NCBI RefSeq assembly: GCF_036971445.1
Contig: NC_091470.1
Coordinates: forward strand, 65,534,001-65,598,000
From: Narcine bancroftii
Taxonomy: Eukaryota
Length of the DNA: 64,000 nt
Reading direction: 5' to 3'
Positions 25,401 to 38,553 of this stretch are shown one piece after another. Within the stretch, counting starts at the first letter, position 1. Each line of letters opens with the position of its first letter. The notes under the pieces are model-generated. The model was given only the letters and a program-made list of their open reading frames with translations. It did no database searches and had not been told where the DNA came from. Made by a program: the position numbers and the translations under genes.

Positions 25401-25772
25401 CTAAATAGGAATAAAAGTCAATCAGTAACTATATTCTGTGTATCTCTTTTAAGAGATTGTTCTTGCCTGCTACACAGTGTTCAGCCATGCAAGGCTAAGC
25501 AAATGTATTGACTGGAATGTTGAGCTTCAAAAATAGGCATCACTATTGTCCAATCAGCACCGTGCAGTGCTCCACATTCTTTTGGCAGACATTTTGTCAA
25601 CCAGTATACTTCTCACACACATTATAACACACCTGAGATTTCTAAGAGCATTTGTTGTCACGAAACAAAGGGGCTCGAATTATCAGAATTTCTCAGAAAA
25701 CGTATCCATGAGGCAGTTTAAATTTCAAAGTATGTTGAAATATCAGCATTTTTTTTCCAAAGTAAATATATA

Positions 25773-26337
25773 CAGTGCTGTCCATAGTGTTTGGGACAAA
25801 GACACTTTTTTCCCCCTTTATTTGTCACAGTTTTAAATTTATAATCAAACAATTCACATGCCATTAAAGTGCAGATTCCAGATTTTATTCATGGCTATTT
25901 GTATACATTTTGGTTTGACCATGTAGAAATTACAGCACTTTTTACATATAGACCCCTCATTTCAGGGCATCATGTTTGGACTTTCATCAGCACAACTCTG
26001 GTGTTCATGTTGAAAAATGGCAACGACAGACTCCAAAGGTGATCATAAGCTTAGAAGCAAGCCCAACTCTCTTATACCTGCACCAATGGAGCAATTAAAC
26101 AGACCTGAGTACTCACAAACACCTGTAAAGCCAAATGTCCCAAATATTATGGTGCCCTGAATTGAGGGGCATGTATAAAAAGTGCTGTAATTTCTACATG
26201 GTCAAACCAAAATGTTTACCCATAACCTTGAATAAAAATGAATAAACATGTGAATTGTTTGATTACACATTTAAAACTGTGGAGCAAGAGGAAAATAAAG
26301 GAAAAATGTATCTTTCTCCCAAACATGGAGGGCACTT
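25773..26337. mobile_element. Non-autonomous Tc1-like DNA transposon (long IR/DR-type TIRs)
   Basis: TA|CAGTGC ... GCACTt|TA with ~210-bp inverted repeats (e.g. tttggtttgaccatgtagaaattacagcactttt and its reverse complement). Confidence 0.9.
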
Positions 26338-27164
26338 TATTTTCTCAACTGACAAATTTTTCACCTCAGTCACAATCATTTGCTGTAATCTTGCAAATTT
26401 GTTAATATTGTGTCAATAGAAAACCTCTTCTTTCCTTGATAAAACACCACAACTTGTACGAGTATCTTTTTATCTTTCTATCTTCTACGCACTGGACTCA
26501 AATTTAAAAAAATATTGATAGCACTATGTATTTAAGCTTATTCATTGTCAATGCTTATGTTGCAAATAACTATAACGGTGAAATCGTCACCCCTGTAGTA
26601 CCCCTGTTGCTTCTTGTCCCAAGTTAAAAGAATTCCTATTACTGTGCAAATAAGAAATTAAATTGTCATTATTTTATTATAAATGAAATTTATAAAATTA
26701 TGAAATAAAATTTTAATTATGAAGAGTGGCACATTCGCAATCTAAACTAGCCTTACTCCCTTCATGATAATATTGAAGCTATTTCTAATAAGCTGAATCA
26801 GATTGCACGTTTACTAAAATAAATAACATTTGCTTGGCTTCAAATGGTGGACTAAAAAGGGCCTGAAGTATGTCCAGTAAAGTCCATTTTTTGCTTTTGT
26901 CCATGCAGGCATGAACATTTATATTATTGCTTTAAATTAAGTGTGGAATGATGCAAAAAATGCATCATTGATACAGCGATTGAAAAGTGAAGACCGTAGG
27001 TGCTGGGTATCTTAAATAAGAATGAAAAGCTCAAAATACTCAGCTAGTGAGGCACCGTCTGTGGAGAGAAACTGTTAATATTTTTTTAATTATAAGAGAA
27101 TTGTAAATTTCAGATGAGAAATGGAATATTCTCTTTTTCCTGATATATAGCTTTTTAATTACAC

Positions 27165-28353
27165 CTCTTGTACAAAGAGCTCAAACCATAAAAGAGCTCC
27201 ACGACTCAAAAGATGTCTAGATGAAGGGATTCTTCACTGATCACTGATTTTTTTTGTAACAACATGATCATTCCAAGGGTGAGTACAGGGTTGTCCAAAA
27301 ACCATGTGCTTGTGCAAGTAACACATTGTGTTGTATTGTACTTCTTTACATGGACCTTGGGATTCATCATTCCCAGGAGATGAAGCAATATGAGTGATCA
27401 TTATGTATTTTGTTGGATCTTTGGCAAATGTGACTGTATTCGGAAGAAGCAACAACATCGGTTAATCTTGGGATGTTTCCAAAGCATTTCATCATTACTA
27501 TATTTCAAACATAATGAAGCAAAGCACCAAAATCAATTCTACATTTTAATTCTACAGGAGACTGGAGGAAGAAGAGATTTTTTTTCACTTTTCTTAAATA
27601 AAAATCAGGGTTAATGGGCAAAGTCATCATTTATTGTCCACTCCTAATTGTCCTTTAACTTTCAGAAAAATTTTAAGAGTCAAGAAATGTGATGGGTTGG
27701 AGTCACATTATTGGCTTGATCAAGTTAGAAGGGTATCTGTGATAATCTGGTTTACAGCCAACAGTGCTAACATTAGTTGTTTTGTTGTTCAAAATCCTGA
27801 CTGTTACACAAATTTATATTTCATTGCTGCCATGGTGCAATTTCAACTTGGGTTATTGGGATACTAAGGTCACCGTCATACCACATATCGTAGTTCTTGG
27901 AATAAATGAAACAGATTTATGTTTGCTTTTAATACAGGCATCACATTTTTGAACTCTCTTAATTTTCCCCATCTACCAAGAAGGATGCACGATACCAGTA
28001 AGAGAAGGCCCTCAGACCAAAAAGATCCACATACAAGGGTGTGATGCGCAGCAGTGCAAACAAACAAGCTCAAACTACAAAGGCTGTATGTACTCCAGGC
28101 TTTAATTAGCTTAAAACTTGCACACAGGTTCAGTATCCCTTCTGGCTCCAATGTGCTCTGCTCTTGCCCAAGGGCTGGCGTGAGCATTTACATGGGGCCA
28201 GTGATTGGCAGGAAATAGGTGGAGCCAGCCTCACAGATTACCTCCCTGCAGGTACAGTGGGTTGCCCCCTGCAAGAATGCAGAGAGGTGCAAGCAGTCAC
28301 AGACAGTCCAGTGGTTGTATCACCACAAAGGGTGATGTTTCCACTTGATTCAG
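27165..28353 (-). pseudogene. Exon relics, CPLANE1-like
   Basis: 28242-28353 is bounded by tttcAG/GTaatc. HTLVCGSFWSE..LGRW, LLLLPNTVTFAK (vs LNLPLRMTPAQ) and VFGQP (vs VLGQP) follow in order. Confidence 0.5.
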
Positions 28354-29019
28354 CTGAAAATTAAGCTATTCTTTTTTAGCAAATGGATCAACAGACGCTT
28401 TGTTGGTTTTACTCTCCAATCTAATAACTTGAAGGCATTGGAACTATGGTTCAGAGGCATACTCAGTGAAGCATTTTGCACAAGTTAAGCGTGCGGTTTT
28501 CTGATATCAAAAACCTACTGACAAGGATCAAGGACCAAATCACACAGAAACATGGAACCAAAAGAGCCATTTGGGGTCAGAATAGTCCACAAAATAGTTA
28601 CTGCGAAAACTGGAGCTCACAATTCACGATAAAAACCCTTGATAATATCCTTTTATTCCCCATCTGTACTGTTTCATTAAAAAAAAAGAGAAAACTGAAA
28701 ACAAGACTGAACAATAAAAAATATTTTTAGTTTTTTTTTATTTGGTCAGTGGTCTATATTCCTGGGAAACTTTTCACCATTTTATCTCTGAAAGGTATTC
28801 CATTCTCTTACTTTAATTAAACTGATGAAGTGAGGTAGAGATTAAATTCAATCTCACAGATAAAATAAATGCTAACTGTAGCAAACTTGTGAAGCCATAA
28901 AAATGTTTGTAATTATGCCATTTGTGCTTCAAAAGGCAGTTAGACCAAATAGCGCCGCAAAACTAGTACAGGTATTGTGTAACTTTGCAGTCATTTGTTA
29001 GATTTCATAAAGTCATTGA

Positions 29020-29478
29020 AGTATTCCAACAGTACAGAAACAGTCCCTTTGACCCACCGTATCCCTACTGACCATCAATTAGTACATAAGAACAGAAATA
29101 AGAGCAGGAGTAGGCCATTCGACCTGTTGAGCCTGCTCAGCCATTCAATTAGATCATGGTTGATCTGATGATAGGCTCATTTCCAACCTCCTCTGCCTCC
29201 TGGCACGTTGCATCCTTTATCCTTAAGTGGGCCTACTTTCACTCATTATCCTTCTATTCTTCATGAAAAAATAGAATGCCTTAGGGTTTTCCTCAATCCA
29301 ACTTTCCTTCTCATGTCCCTTTCTAGTTCTCTTGAGTCCTTTCCCATATCCCTTAATTCCCATATCCCTTAATTCCCCTGCTATGTAAAAAATCTATTCA
29401 AATGTGTCTTAAGTATATTTACTGAGGTAGCCTCCACTGCTTCAATGGGCAGCCAATTCCCTAGATTCACCACCCAGG
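29020..29478 (-). mobile_element. CR1 3' fragments
   Basis: acataagaacagaaataagagcaggagtaggccattc tail. Confidence 0.6.
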
Positions 29479-29479
29479 G

Positions 29480-29737
29480 AGGCAGGGTAGGCTTAGCTGT
29501 TACTGCAACACCTTTATAGCCCCAGCGATTGGGACCGGGGTTCGAATCCCACACTATCTGTAAGGAATTTGTACGTTCTCCCTATGTCTGCGTGAGTTTT
29601 TCCCGGGGACTCTGGTTTCCTCCCACTGTTCAAAACGTACCGGGGGTGTAGGTTAATTGGATGTAAATTGGGCGAAATGGACTTGTGGGTTGAAAAAGCC
29701 TGTTAATGTACAGTATGTCTAAATAAAATAAATAAAT
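29480..29737 (+). mobile_element. V-SINE
   Basis: GGTTCGAATCC B-box, V-domain core, (AAAT)n tail. Confidence 0.8.
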
Positions 29738-31475
29738 AGATTGATAGATAGACTAGCTTCATTGAAGAAAAAACAAAGAATTATAACCCAAGTTCATATA
29801 AAGCACAAAAGGTTGGTAAGACTCAATAGGTCATAGGAGAGAGAAACCTGATAAATGTTCACCACTTGTGCAATTCCAGGGCCACACTAACATTTTGTAG
29901 ATGGTCCATGCAAATTTGAGGTCTCACTGTCATTGCATCCCGTGGTGAGTGAACCATGAATGGCAACTTGGCCTCAGGTGATGGAATCTCAATCATTTTT
30001 ACCTGCCTGCTGGACCCATTCCTGACTTTCATGTTGTGCAGATACATTGTCTAGAACACAATATCCATCCTGCCACAGACCCACCAACTACTGATCAGTA
30101 TGAATCAGCACAACTCCTCAAGTTGATAGCCTTTCATCAGAACTATTCCAATGGAAAAAAAATACACAAAATATTTACTCAGTTTCTTTCTCTACAGACA
30201 TTGTCTGATTGGTTGAATATTTCCAGGCTTTTCTTTTACTTTCAGATTTTCATCATCTGCAGTATCTAACATATCAATTTACTTTTCCAAATACTTCTAA
30301 GCATGTGACCAGAATAATAAACAATGATCATTTCCCCTACAATTTCCCACTCCATTTCATATTATAAATACAAATACTTTCATCTGATAGATATTTCTGA
30401 ACCATCATGAATTTTTAGTTATTTTTAGATTTATCAATGTAACTAAAAGTACAATTACCAACATTAAACTTAAAAGTTCAATAATAAATTAACCATAACC
30501 ACAAAATTATGTACATTGAAGAAGTAGCAGTAATTAGTTACTGCACTTAACAGCATTTAAACAAACTATATTAATAATCTAAGAATACTAGAACACAACT
30601 TAATTCCTCATAGACAATCTCTTCCATTGCAATCAGTAGAGTGGAACTTCTAAAGGGCTTAACCTAAAGCACCTTCTTTGATCAGTTTCTCCAGTGCTGG
30701 TACTGGAGATGCAGAATTTCACATCAAAATATAGTAAGAAAATTGTCAGCCAACAGAGACTCCCTCATTCACACACAACTAGAATTCCTGAATTTGCTTG
30801 TACATATGCAAGGAAATGCGAGTAGTTACTTAGCAAAATGTTGCGCCAACACTGGTGTAGATCGCGCCAGGAAATGCTGTCAATTCGAAACAGAACTGCT
30901 GATGTATCTCAGCAAATGTCAGGTCAAAGCATTTACAGGCTAAGCTTCTCAGGCTAATTCTTGGGTCCTTTCCACCATTGGAAAGCAAGGATCTTGCTGA
31001 AATTCTCCCAACATTCACACAGGAGAATCTATTCTTAAATCCTTTCTCATAACCCCATTGGAATTCCCAATGGAATTTCTGAATATGAATAAGAAACGGG
31101 AAAAGGCTTTGAGGCTTATAGCCAACACAATTGTAATCTTAACACTATATTGCTCATTATTTTCATTCCCATGTATGGAAATCTAAATAAAAGTATATGT
31201 GAAAAATGCCAAATTTCTTAAATTGAATAGAGTGTATTAAGTTCAAACACTTCATTGAAAGATTTGGCCTACAGAAGTGCATCAAATCTGATGTGTAATC
31301 AGAAACATCATTTTTCTGCAAGCATGTTAGGAGGAAAATATGTTCATAGGCAAAAAATTTAAAAATTAAACTTGCAGATGTTTTAAATATTTTGAATATC
31401 CCAACATTCGTCAATGGTCAAAAACGCCACATATTTAACTCTTAACATAGATTGACAGAAACAAAAATAATATTT

Positions 31476-32421
31476 TGTTACGAGCCCAGAGGACCCATAA
31501 ACCCAGCATCAATAGTTCACAAGACAAATGGTTAATTAACAAAAGTTGTTTTTAATTATCTTTAAACATGCAAACAGAATCACACTTTAACTTATCACTA
31601 TTAACCTAACAACCCCCTTCTAAGTGCATGTATGTAATATGTGTGTAAGTTCAGAAAAGTTCTTTGGTTCACAGTCCTATCTCACTTCTCATTCCTCCAA
31701 GTTCACTGGTTGCAGGCAATTCTTATACTATGCACAGAATTTAACATTTATCTAGTTCACCAGGCTTTGATCTTGAAAGGTAAATGGTTACCGCTCAGGA
31801 AGGTTCTTGTCGTTTTAGAGAGAGATTTGTTGTTCCAGGACATCCACAACTGATTCCTTTTTAATCAGCTACCTCAGTGTCCTGCTGATGAAACTTGCCC
31901 CCTCAGGGTTCTCCAGATGATAACCTCTTTCTTTCAGGTCACCAAAGAGTTATTTTTTTTGTTTCTCTTATTCCAAGTGAAACATTAGACAGCCAGTCCT
32001 CTCCTCTTGCATGAACCACAAGGGCTTTGACCAGGCTGAATTAAGAACTCACAACCCATCTATCCAAATGGAGTTTTTCACAAGCTTGCCCTGTTCCAGT
32101 CCCAGCTGCATTTGCCTGCTGTAACACTGTAGAATTGATCTCTGTGTGTGTGAGTCTTTCACTCGCTCTCTGTTTGCCAAACAGAACATCTCCAAACAAT
32201 CTGTGGCTCCGACAAGATCTTTCGTCTTTTGCCTTTTTGTAAACAACAATCCATTAGTGAAGTCTCTCCAAAGCTCTTGCAAGGGCTGTGGGGCTAATGT
32301 CTGGCATTAGCAGAGCTCCAGTATTTCAAATAAGATCTGTTTTAAAGTGTTTGCATATGACCTACTCTAAGAAACCTTTCCCAATTTATCTCCGAAAAAC
32401 ATATCTATATACTCTGCCACA
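31476..32421 (-). mobile_element. Solo LTR (probably Gypsy), 946 bp
   Basis: TGT...ACA termini, 4-bp flanks ATTT/GTTT, ATTAAA on the minus strand ~80 bp from the end, no ORF. Confidence 0.7.
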
Positions 32422-32734
32422 GTTTACATACTGTGACAAATATTAAAAATAATGATTGCAAACAGCAATAATTTATTGAACAAGTGATTTTTTTTTTCTC
32501 TCTCATTAAGGAACATGTCCTCACTCCATAAGCCAGTGCAGTATTCACTTGCAGCTAGAATATGGTTTTCATGTGCTTGTGCGAATGTGTGTGTCTTGTT
32601 TGCAGGAACACCACTGGAAGTCCCAATCCTATCTTCAAACAACATTCACACATGCAGTCATTTCAGCAAGTCCCATGATAAGAGTGAGAACTATAGTTTT
32701 TTTTTCTTTCTATGATCTCGGCATAGTTCATAGT

Positions 32735-33040
32735 GCTAGTCAGCACAGTGGCTCATAGTGCTGCAATTTCACAGCTCAAGCGATCTGGGTTCAATCCAGA
32801 AGTGTCTGTTCAAAGTTTGCACATTATCTCTGTGGGTTTTTCCTGCATGCTCCAGCTTTCTCACACACAGCAAAGACACGCTGGTTGATTGCTTAAATGG
32901 AAGAGTGTAGATGAGTGACAGAAGAATCAAGAGGGGCGTAGAGTTGAGAAGGATGCAAAAGGATAAAGGGGACAATTGTAGATTATTGGTTGATGGTTGG
33001 CACCGATGCAGTGAGCCAAAGAGCCTGCTTCTGTGCTCTT
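32735..33040 (+). mobile_element. V-SINE, decayed
   Basis: gggttcaatcc B-box, V core, CR1-like tail. Confidence 0.6.
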
Positions 33041-34154
33041 AACTTAATTAAATCATTTTTACAGTGAAGGTACAAGTCAATTCTCAAACCAACAAAGTAC
33101 TTCTTTGTTCAGTTAATTATAAAATATATACTCAATCTATGCACAAAAGCAGGCAGGTTGAAACTGGCTTGCCAAATGCTTGCATTTTCGTCAGATCGAA
33201 ACACCCCACCCATATACTACTCCAAAATAAAGGCAATTTTTTTGTATTTAAATTATATAATTTTGTTTTGAACACTAAATATCTGAAACTAACTAAAATG
33301 AAATCAAGGCTAACTCTCATTAGAATAGAAATAAAGAATGGCTTCATCAACACATGACACCGGAAGTGATGAGGTAAACAAACATATTGGCCTGGATACT
33401 GTGCTCGTGGAAAAAAAACACCAGCTGTTCACAATACAATTCATATATAGTCCATGGGGGTTGAAAAAATGTCAGTGATCCAAAATCTAAAACAGCACAG
33501 CAAATCAAGTCATGGAGGGGCAGGGCAAGGAACAGTGTCAGGGTACAGGTGGGGGAGGTGGCTTTTAAATTGGAGGCACATTCATATGGTTGGAGGTGGT
33601 GGTGAGCTAAATAAATCAAGCCAAAACATGAATGTCTCAGAAGCAGCTCCAACCACTTAATTTCCACAATTCACTTCCACATTCTACACTTCATGTCGAG
33701 CTGGTTTCTGTGCAAACCCTCGGGGGAAGAGGAGTTTCAAGTTTAACAACACATTCACAGATTTCCTGAGTTTCCTTACTTCATTGAAAGCATGACAATA
33801 ATCTTGTAAACTCCAATCAAAAGTCATGGAATAATAAAAATAAATATTAAGTACTCTCAGATGTATTTTGTCTGCTTGTGGTAATGGGTTTAATCATAGT
33901 ATTTTTATTTCTGTTACTTTCCATCCTTCAAAGCCTTTTTGAATCATATTAGCATGGACGGTAGCTAGGTTGCTTCGAATTTAATTGTAAATATAAATCA
34001 AAATGACCAAAGGAAACAATGATATCAGCAAAAATATACTGTTGAGAAACCTGTAGCTCAACATCAGAGAAAGAAGCAGAATAGGGCTTCATAATAGAAG
34101 AATTACTATCCATATATCCTGCGAAGTGGACAAAGACCAGGTTCCCTTATTGTT

Positions 34155-34970
34155 CAGCATACAGGAGGGAGATTGAAAACTTGGCTGAATGGTGTACCAA
34201 CAACAACTTTGCACTCAATGACTCAATGCCACCAAAACCAAAGAGCTGATTGTTGACTTCAGGAAGGGAACAGCAGATGTGTATGATCCAGTGATCATTG
34301 GGGAATCAGATGTGGAGAGGGAGTCACCATCTTGGAGGATCTTTCCTGGACCCAACATGCTAATGGTATCGTGAACGAAGCACGCCAGCGCCTCTACTTC
34401 TTCAGGAGTTTGCGGAGGTTTGGTATGAAATCAGAAACCCTGGCAAATTTCTACAGATGTGTGGTGAAATGTGTACTGACTTGTTGCATCACGGTCTGGC
34501 ATGGGACTCCCATGAACCTGAGTGAAAAGTCCTGCAAAAGGTAGCAGACACAATCCAGAATATCACAGGCAAAATCCTTCCTAGCATTGAGAATATCTAG
34601 AGGGAATGCTGCTGTCGGAGAGCAGCGGCAATCATCAAGGATCCACATCACCCAGCACTGTTCACACTGCTACCATCAGGAAAGAGGTATAGGTTAACAA
34701 GAATCGCGCCACCAGTTCAAGAACAGTTGCTTCCCCTCTACCATCAGACTCCTCAACAACAAACTCAATCAGACTCATTTAAGGACTCATTGATTTTTTT
34801 TCTCTGTATTGCACAGTTTATTTACATTTCTTTATATGTTTACATATATACCTATCTTCCTGAGTACAGTTCTTTGCACTATCAACAAGTGATACTTCTA
34901 CCTTGCCCACAGGAAAAAAAAATCTCAGGATTGTATGTTATGTATGCACTCTGTCAATAAATCTGAACTT
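34155..34970 (+). mobile_element. Rex1/Babar LINE 3' fragment
   Basis: KTKELIVDFR, EDLSW..H..ARQRLYFFRSLRRF, caataaatctgaact tail. Confidence 0.8.
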
Positions 34971-35379
34971 TGTTCCAAATAGCAGGGTCTTAGCAAGCTC
35001 AGGTTGTCAAATCATCTGTTTGCTGGCACATGCAGCTTGTATGTAGAAAATCTGTTCTATGCTTTGGACAATTTGTGAGCAGATGGCATGATAGCTTTTG
35101 CCATCAATATTTTTCAATTTTGTCTCTGGATCATTCCTGAATGATCCAGACTGGGATCCTGAATGTCTGAAGATATTCCACCCTGCACAAGGCATCTTTC
35201 AGCGGATCCCATTGGGGTATCAGAGCCAGCACCACCAGGCTGAGGAACAGCTTCTGCCCACAGGCAGTGAGAATACTGAACAACCAAAGGAACTGCTCTC
35301 ACTGACCATCCCAGCCTCTCATATGTACACAACAATATTTATTTATTCATTTATTTATTTGTTTAGGTGATATAATTGT

Positions 35380-36535
35380 TCAGCATACGTATTGTTTGTC
35401 TGTGGCTGTGGCTCAATGATTTTGCGTGCCTCCTTCGGTCAGCGATCCCAATAGATCACATCGATGGTGGAGGGAGGGAGATTCCAGTGATTTTCTCTGC
35501 CATTCTTATGGCCTTATGGATTGACCTCCGATCCATTTCTCTACAGCAACCGTACCAAATGGTGATGCAGCCAGCCAGGACGCTCCTACAGAAGGGTGAC
35601 ATAATGGTGGCCAGTAGCCTTGCCCACTTAGTCTTCTCAGGAAGTGCAGTCCTGAGAAGTGAGGTGTTGAGTGTCCATGATAGGTCACTAGTTAAGTGAA
35701 CTCCAAGGAACTTGTTGTTCTTCACTCTCTCTTCTACAGAGTTGTTGATGTGTAGTGGAGGGTGGTCATTCTGGTCCTCCTGAAGTCCACAATCATCTCT
35801 TTCATCTTGTCCCTGTTAAGAGTCAGGTTGTTACTTTCACACCATTTCAGAAGGTTTTCCACCTCTTCTCTCTTGTGCAACTCATCATTATTGCTGATGA
35901 GGCCAACGACTGTTGTGTCATCTGCAAACTTGATGACACTGTTAGAGCTAGATCTGGTGATGCAGTCATGGGTCAGTAGCATGAACAGGAGCAGGCTGAA
36001 CACACAGCCCTAAGGTGCTCAATGTTCTGTTATTAACCTGGACAGACTGTGCTCTTTCCATTCGGAAGTCCAGGATCCAGTTACAGAGAGGGGTGTTGAG
36101 TCCCAATGAGGATACCTTCTCCACCAGCCTTGGGGGAATGATCATATTAAACACCAAGATGAAGTCAATGGTGTATGAGGCATTATTTTCCAGGTGGGCC
36201 AAGATGGAGTGAATAACATCATCTGTGGAATGGCTTCTTCTACAGACTAATTGAAATGGGTCCAGCATCTCTTGGAGGTAAGTTTTGATGCATTCCATCA
36301 CCAGATGTTTGAAGCATTTCATAATCCTGGAGATCAGAGACACCCTCTTGGGTACCAGGATGACAGTACCTTGGTTGTCTTGAACCCTACAGGAATGATG
36401 GACTGCTGCAGTGAGGTGTTGAAGATGTCTGTGAAGACCTCATCAATTGGTCTGTGCAGTCTTTCAGTGCCTGTTCAGGTATATTGTCTGGTCCTTCTGC
36501 CTTGTTTGGGTTCACCTTGGGCAGGTTCTCCTCAT
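35380..36535 (-). mobile_element. Rex1/Babar LINE RT fragment
   Basis: MKCFKHLV..LDPFQ, CNWILDF, IKFADDTTVVGLISNNDE, FLGVHLTSDLSW. Confidence 0.85.
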
Positions 36536-36702
36536 CTCATATTTTAACTCCATAGTCTTTCCAAGATTTGAAGTCATTGCTGCAACAAAATTGTTGGAGA
36601 ATAGTGTATCTTGGATGAAAATCTCTGATTTTTGTGCAATCTACAGAAATTGATGACATTTTTTTTTTAAAGTTAGGTTAAAAATCCAATTAGATATTTT
36701 TC

Positions 36703-38270
36703 CTAAAAGAGGGGTAGAATTGGACAGGTACAATCGAACAACTGAATCATTTCTATTCTGAGAATATGCATAAAATTAAAGAATGAATGAGGAGCAAATA
36801 ATAATAAAGTTCTAAACCAGAGGTTCCCAACCTGGGGTACATGTACCCCCAGTGGTACATTTGCACTTTTCAGGGGGTACATTGGGTCTGAGAGAATAAC
36901 CACTACTGTACAATACATGGTATTGTAATCTGCAGTCAGATTGCACAATGTCGTGATTTTTTTAATCCTTAATTTTTAGGGGTACACGAGAACCTATAAA
37001 AATGTCCAAGGGAACAGAGGAACAAAAAAGTTGGGAACCTCTGTTCTAATCAATACAAAATTATAGATGAGTAATCCAGAATATGGGTATTTTGAATATC
37101 TGGCTTTCATCAACTGGGTAGGCACTCTTTAGGAAACCACAAGTAGAAATGCCAGCTTGTTCACTTTGATGTCTCTGACATGTACCAAGCATGAAATTAA
37201 AGCCTATCCAAAATGCTAAAAATGTCGACTTGGAAACAACTGCTGATTGTTTGTATTTTTGATGTCATTTAACAACAGATGTTAAATTCAATCAGTTTAC
37301 GAAGGACTGCTCAATAACAACTGCCAGATATTCCTCGTAACACTGCCTGGAGTTTATAGCAGCAAAATAATGCATTAGCAGGACAACATTTACTGGTTTG
37401 GTTAATTTTCAAGTGCACCGACCCAAACAAATGTGTCCCAAATTCAGCACAAATACTATTCAACTTTAAAAAGGAGTTCAAAATTAAACAGATTTGCACC
37501 ACTTTATGGTTTGGAGGTACAAATTGGATTAAAGAGCTGAGAAGGAAAAGTACTCAAAATAGCTGGGAGATTTTAGAACATCAGTAATGCTTTTCATTAA
37601 ATGTGTTTGGAAATAAAAATAAATACCTGCTTTTGTTGGATACATTTCCTTCAAAATTTTTGAGGGATGTTGAGCAATTATTGTTATCTAATTTTTCTTT
37701 TAAAACACTGTGAAACAATAAAATAACAGCAATATATTTGGATTGTCTGAATATGAGGTTTGTATGTTGCAATGGAAGAGGCTTTACCTTATAATTTAAC
37801 GTACTCATCAATACCTCTATGGATTTTATTCCACGTTAATAATCATCAGTTCTCTGCACATGCCCAGGTCTGACCTCATGCTCACCTTAATTTCCCTTCA
37901 CTCAACCTGTGATGACTGTGTGGCCCATAATGAAAGCTTTAGGTAAGATACTATTAGGAGAAAGAGGGGTGGAGGACCCTGACCATTCCCACAATTTCTT
38001 TCCCCTCTTCTCTTGCATAGATGCTCTTGCTGGGATTAATTCGTAGCAAAATGTAGAGCTGAGAAGCATGTTAGCAGGAATTTACAAATGCACTTTTGTT
38101 CCCATGTTCCAAATAATGCATGCACTTGAGGATACAGTAAAAGGATTGTTGCAGGTTCAAAGGTCCAAACATTAAGGGAGTAAATCATCTTGGGTCTAAA
38201 ATCATATAGGAAACTGGAACATTCAATGTACATCAGTGGGGGCTAAAACCAGTGGGGGGAACCAACACTG
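36703..38270 (-). pseudogene. Exon relics, CPLANE1-like N-terminal region
   Basis: SLNVWTFEPATILLL (vs TLNQKDPKATQVLFI), AEFGTHLFGSVHLKI (vs IEFGPAEFIPLHPLI), and the exon split by the hAT MITE. Confidence 0.55.
36818..37043. mobile_element. hAT (Charlie-like) MITE
   Basis: TIR CAGAGGTTCCCAAC, 8-bp TSD TTCTAAAC/TTCTAATC. Confidence 0.9.
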
Positions 38271-38553
38271 CAGGAATTATGCTGGGCTGTAAGTGAACCA
38301 ACATACCCACTGTGAAACATTTTTTAATAACTCAAGGTTTATATTAGTATGCATAGTTAAGGCATTAATTTGTGATTCCATTGATTAGATGCATTAATGA
38401 TTATTAACTGACCGACATATTTCCATCGTCAGGATTTTACATCTATATTTCAAACCATTATCACAAACAGCCTTGCCAACAATTGTCAATCAATCTTTCT
38501 TCATTGGCTTGGCTTCGCGGACGAAGATTTATGGAGGGGGTAAAAAGTCCACG

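Noticed and set aside
29480-29560. tRNA gene
   Set aside because: A B-box is present but it is the head of a V-SINE; no cloverleaf.
30688-31075. Short hairpins (tctccagt..actggaga; ccattgg..ccaatgg)
   Set aside because: Stems of 7-8 bp are expected by chance in 64 kb.
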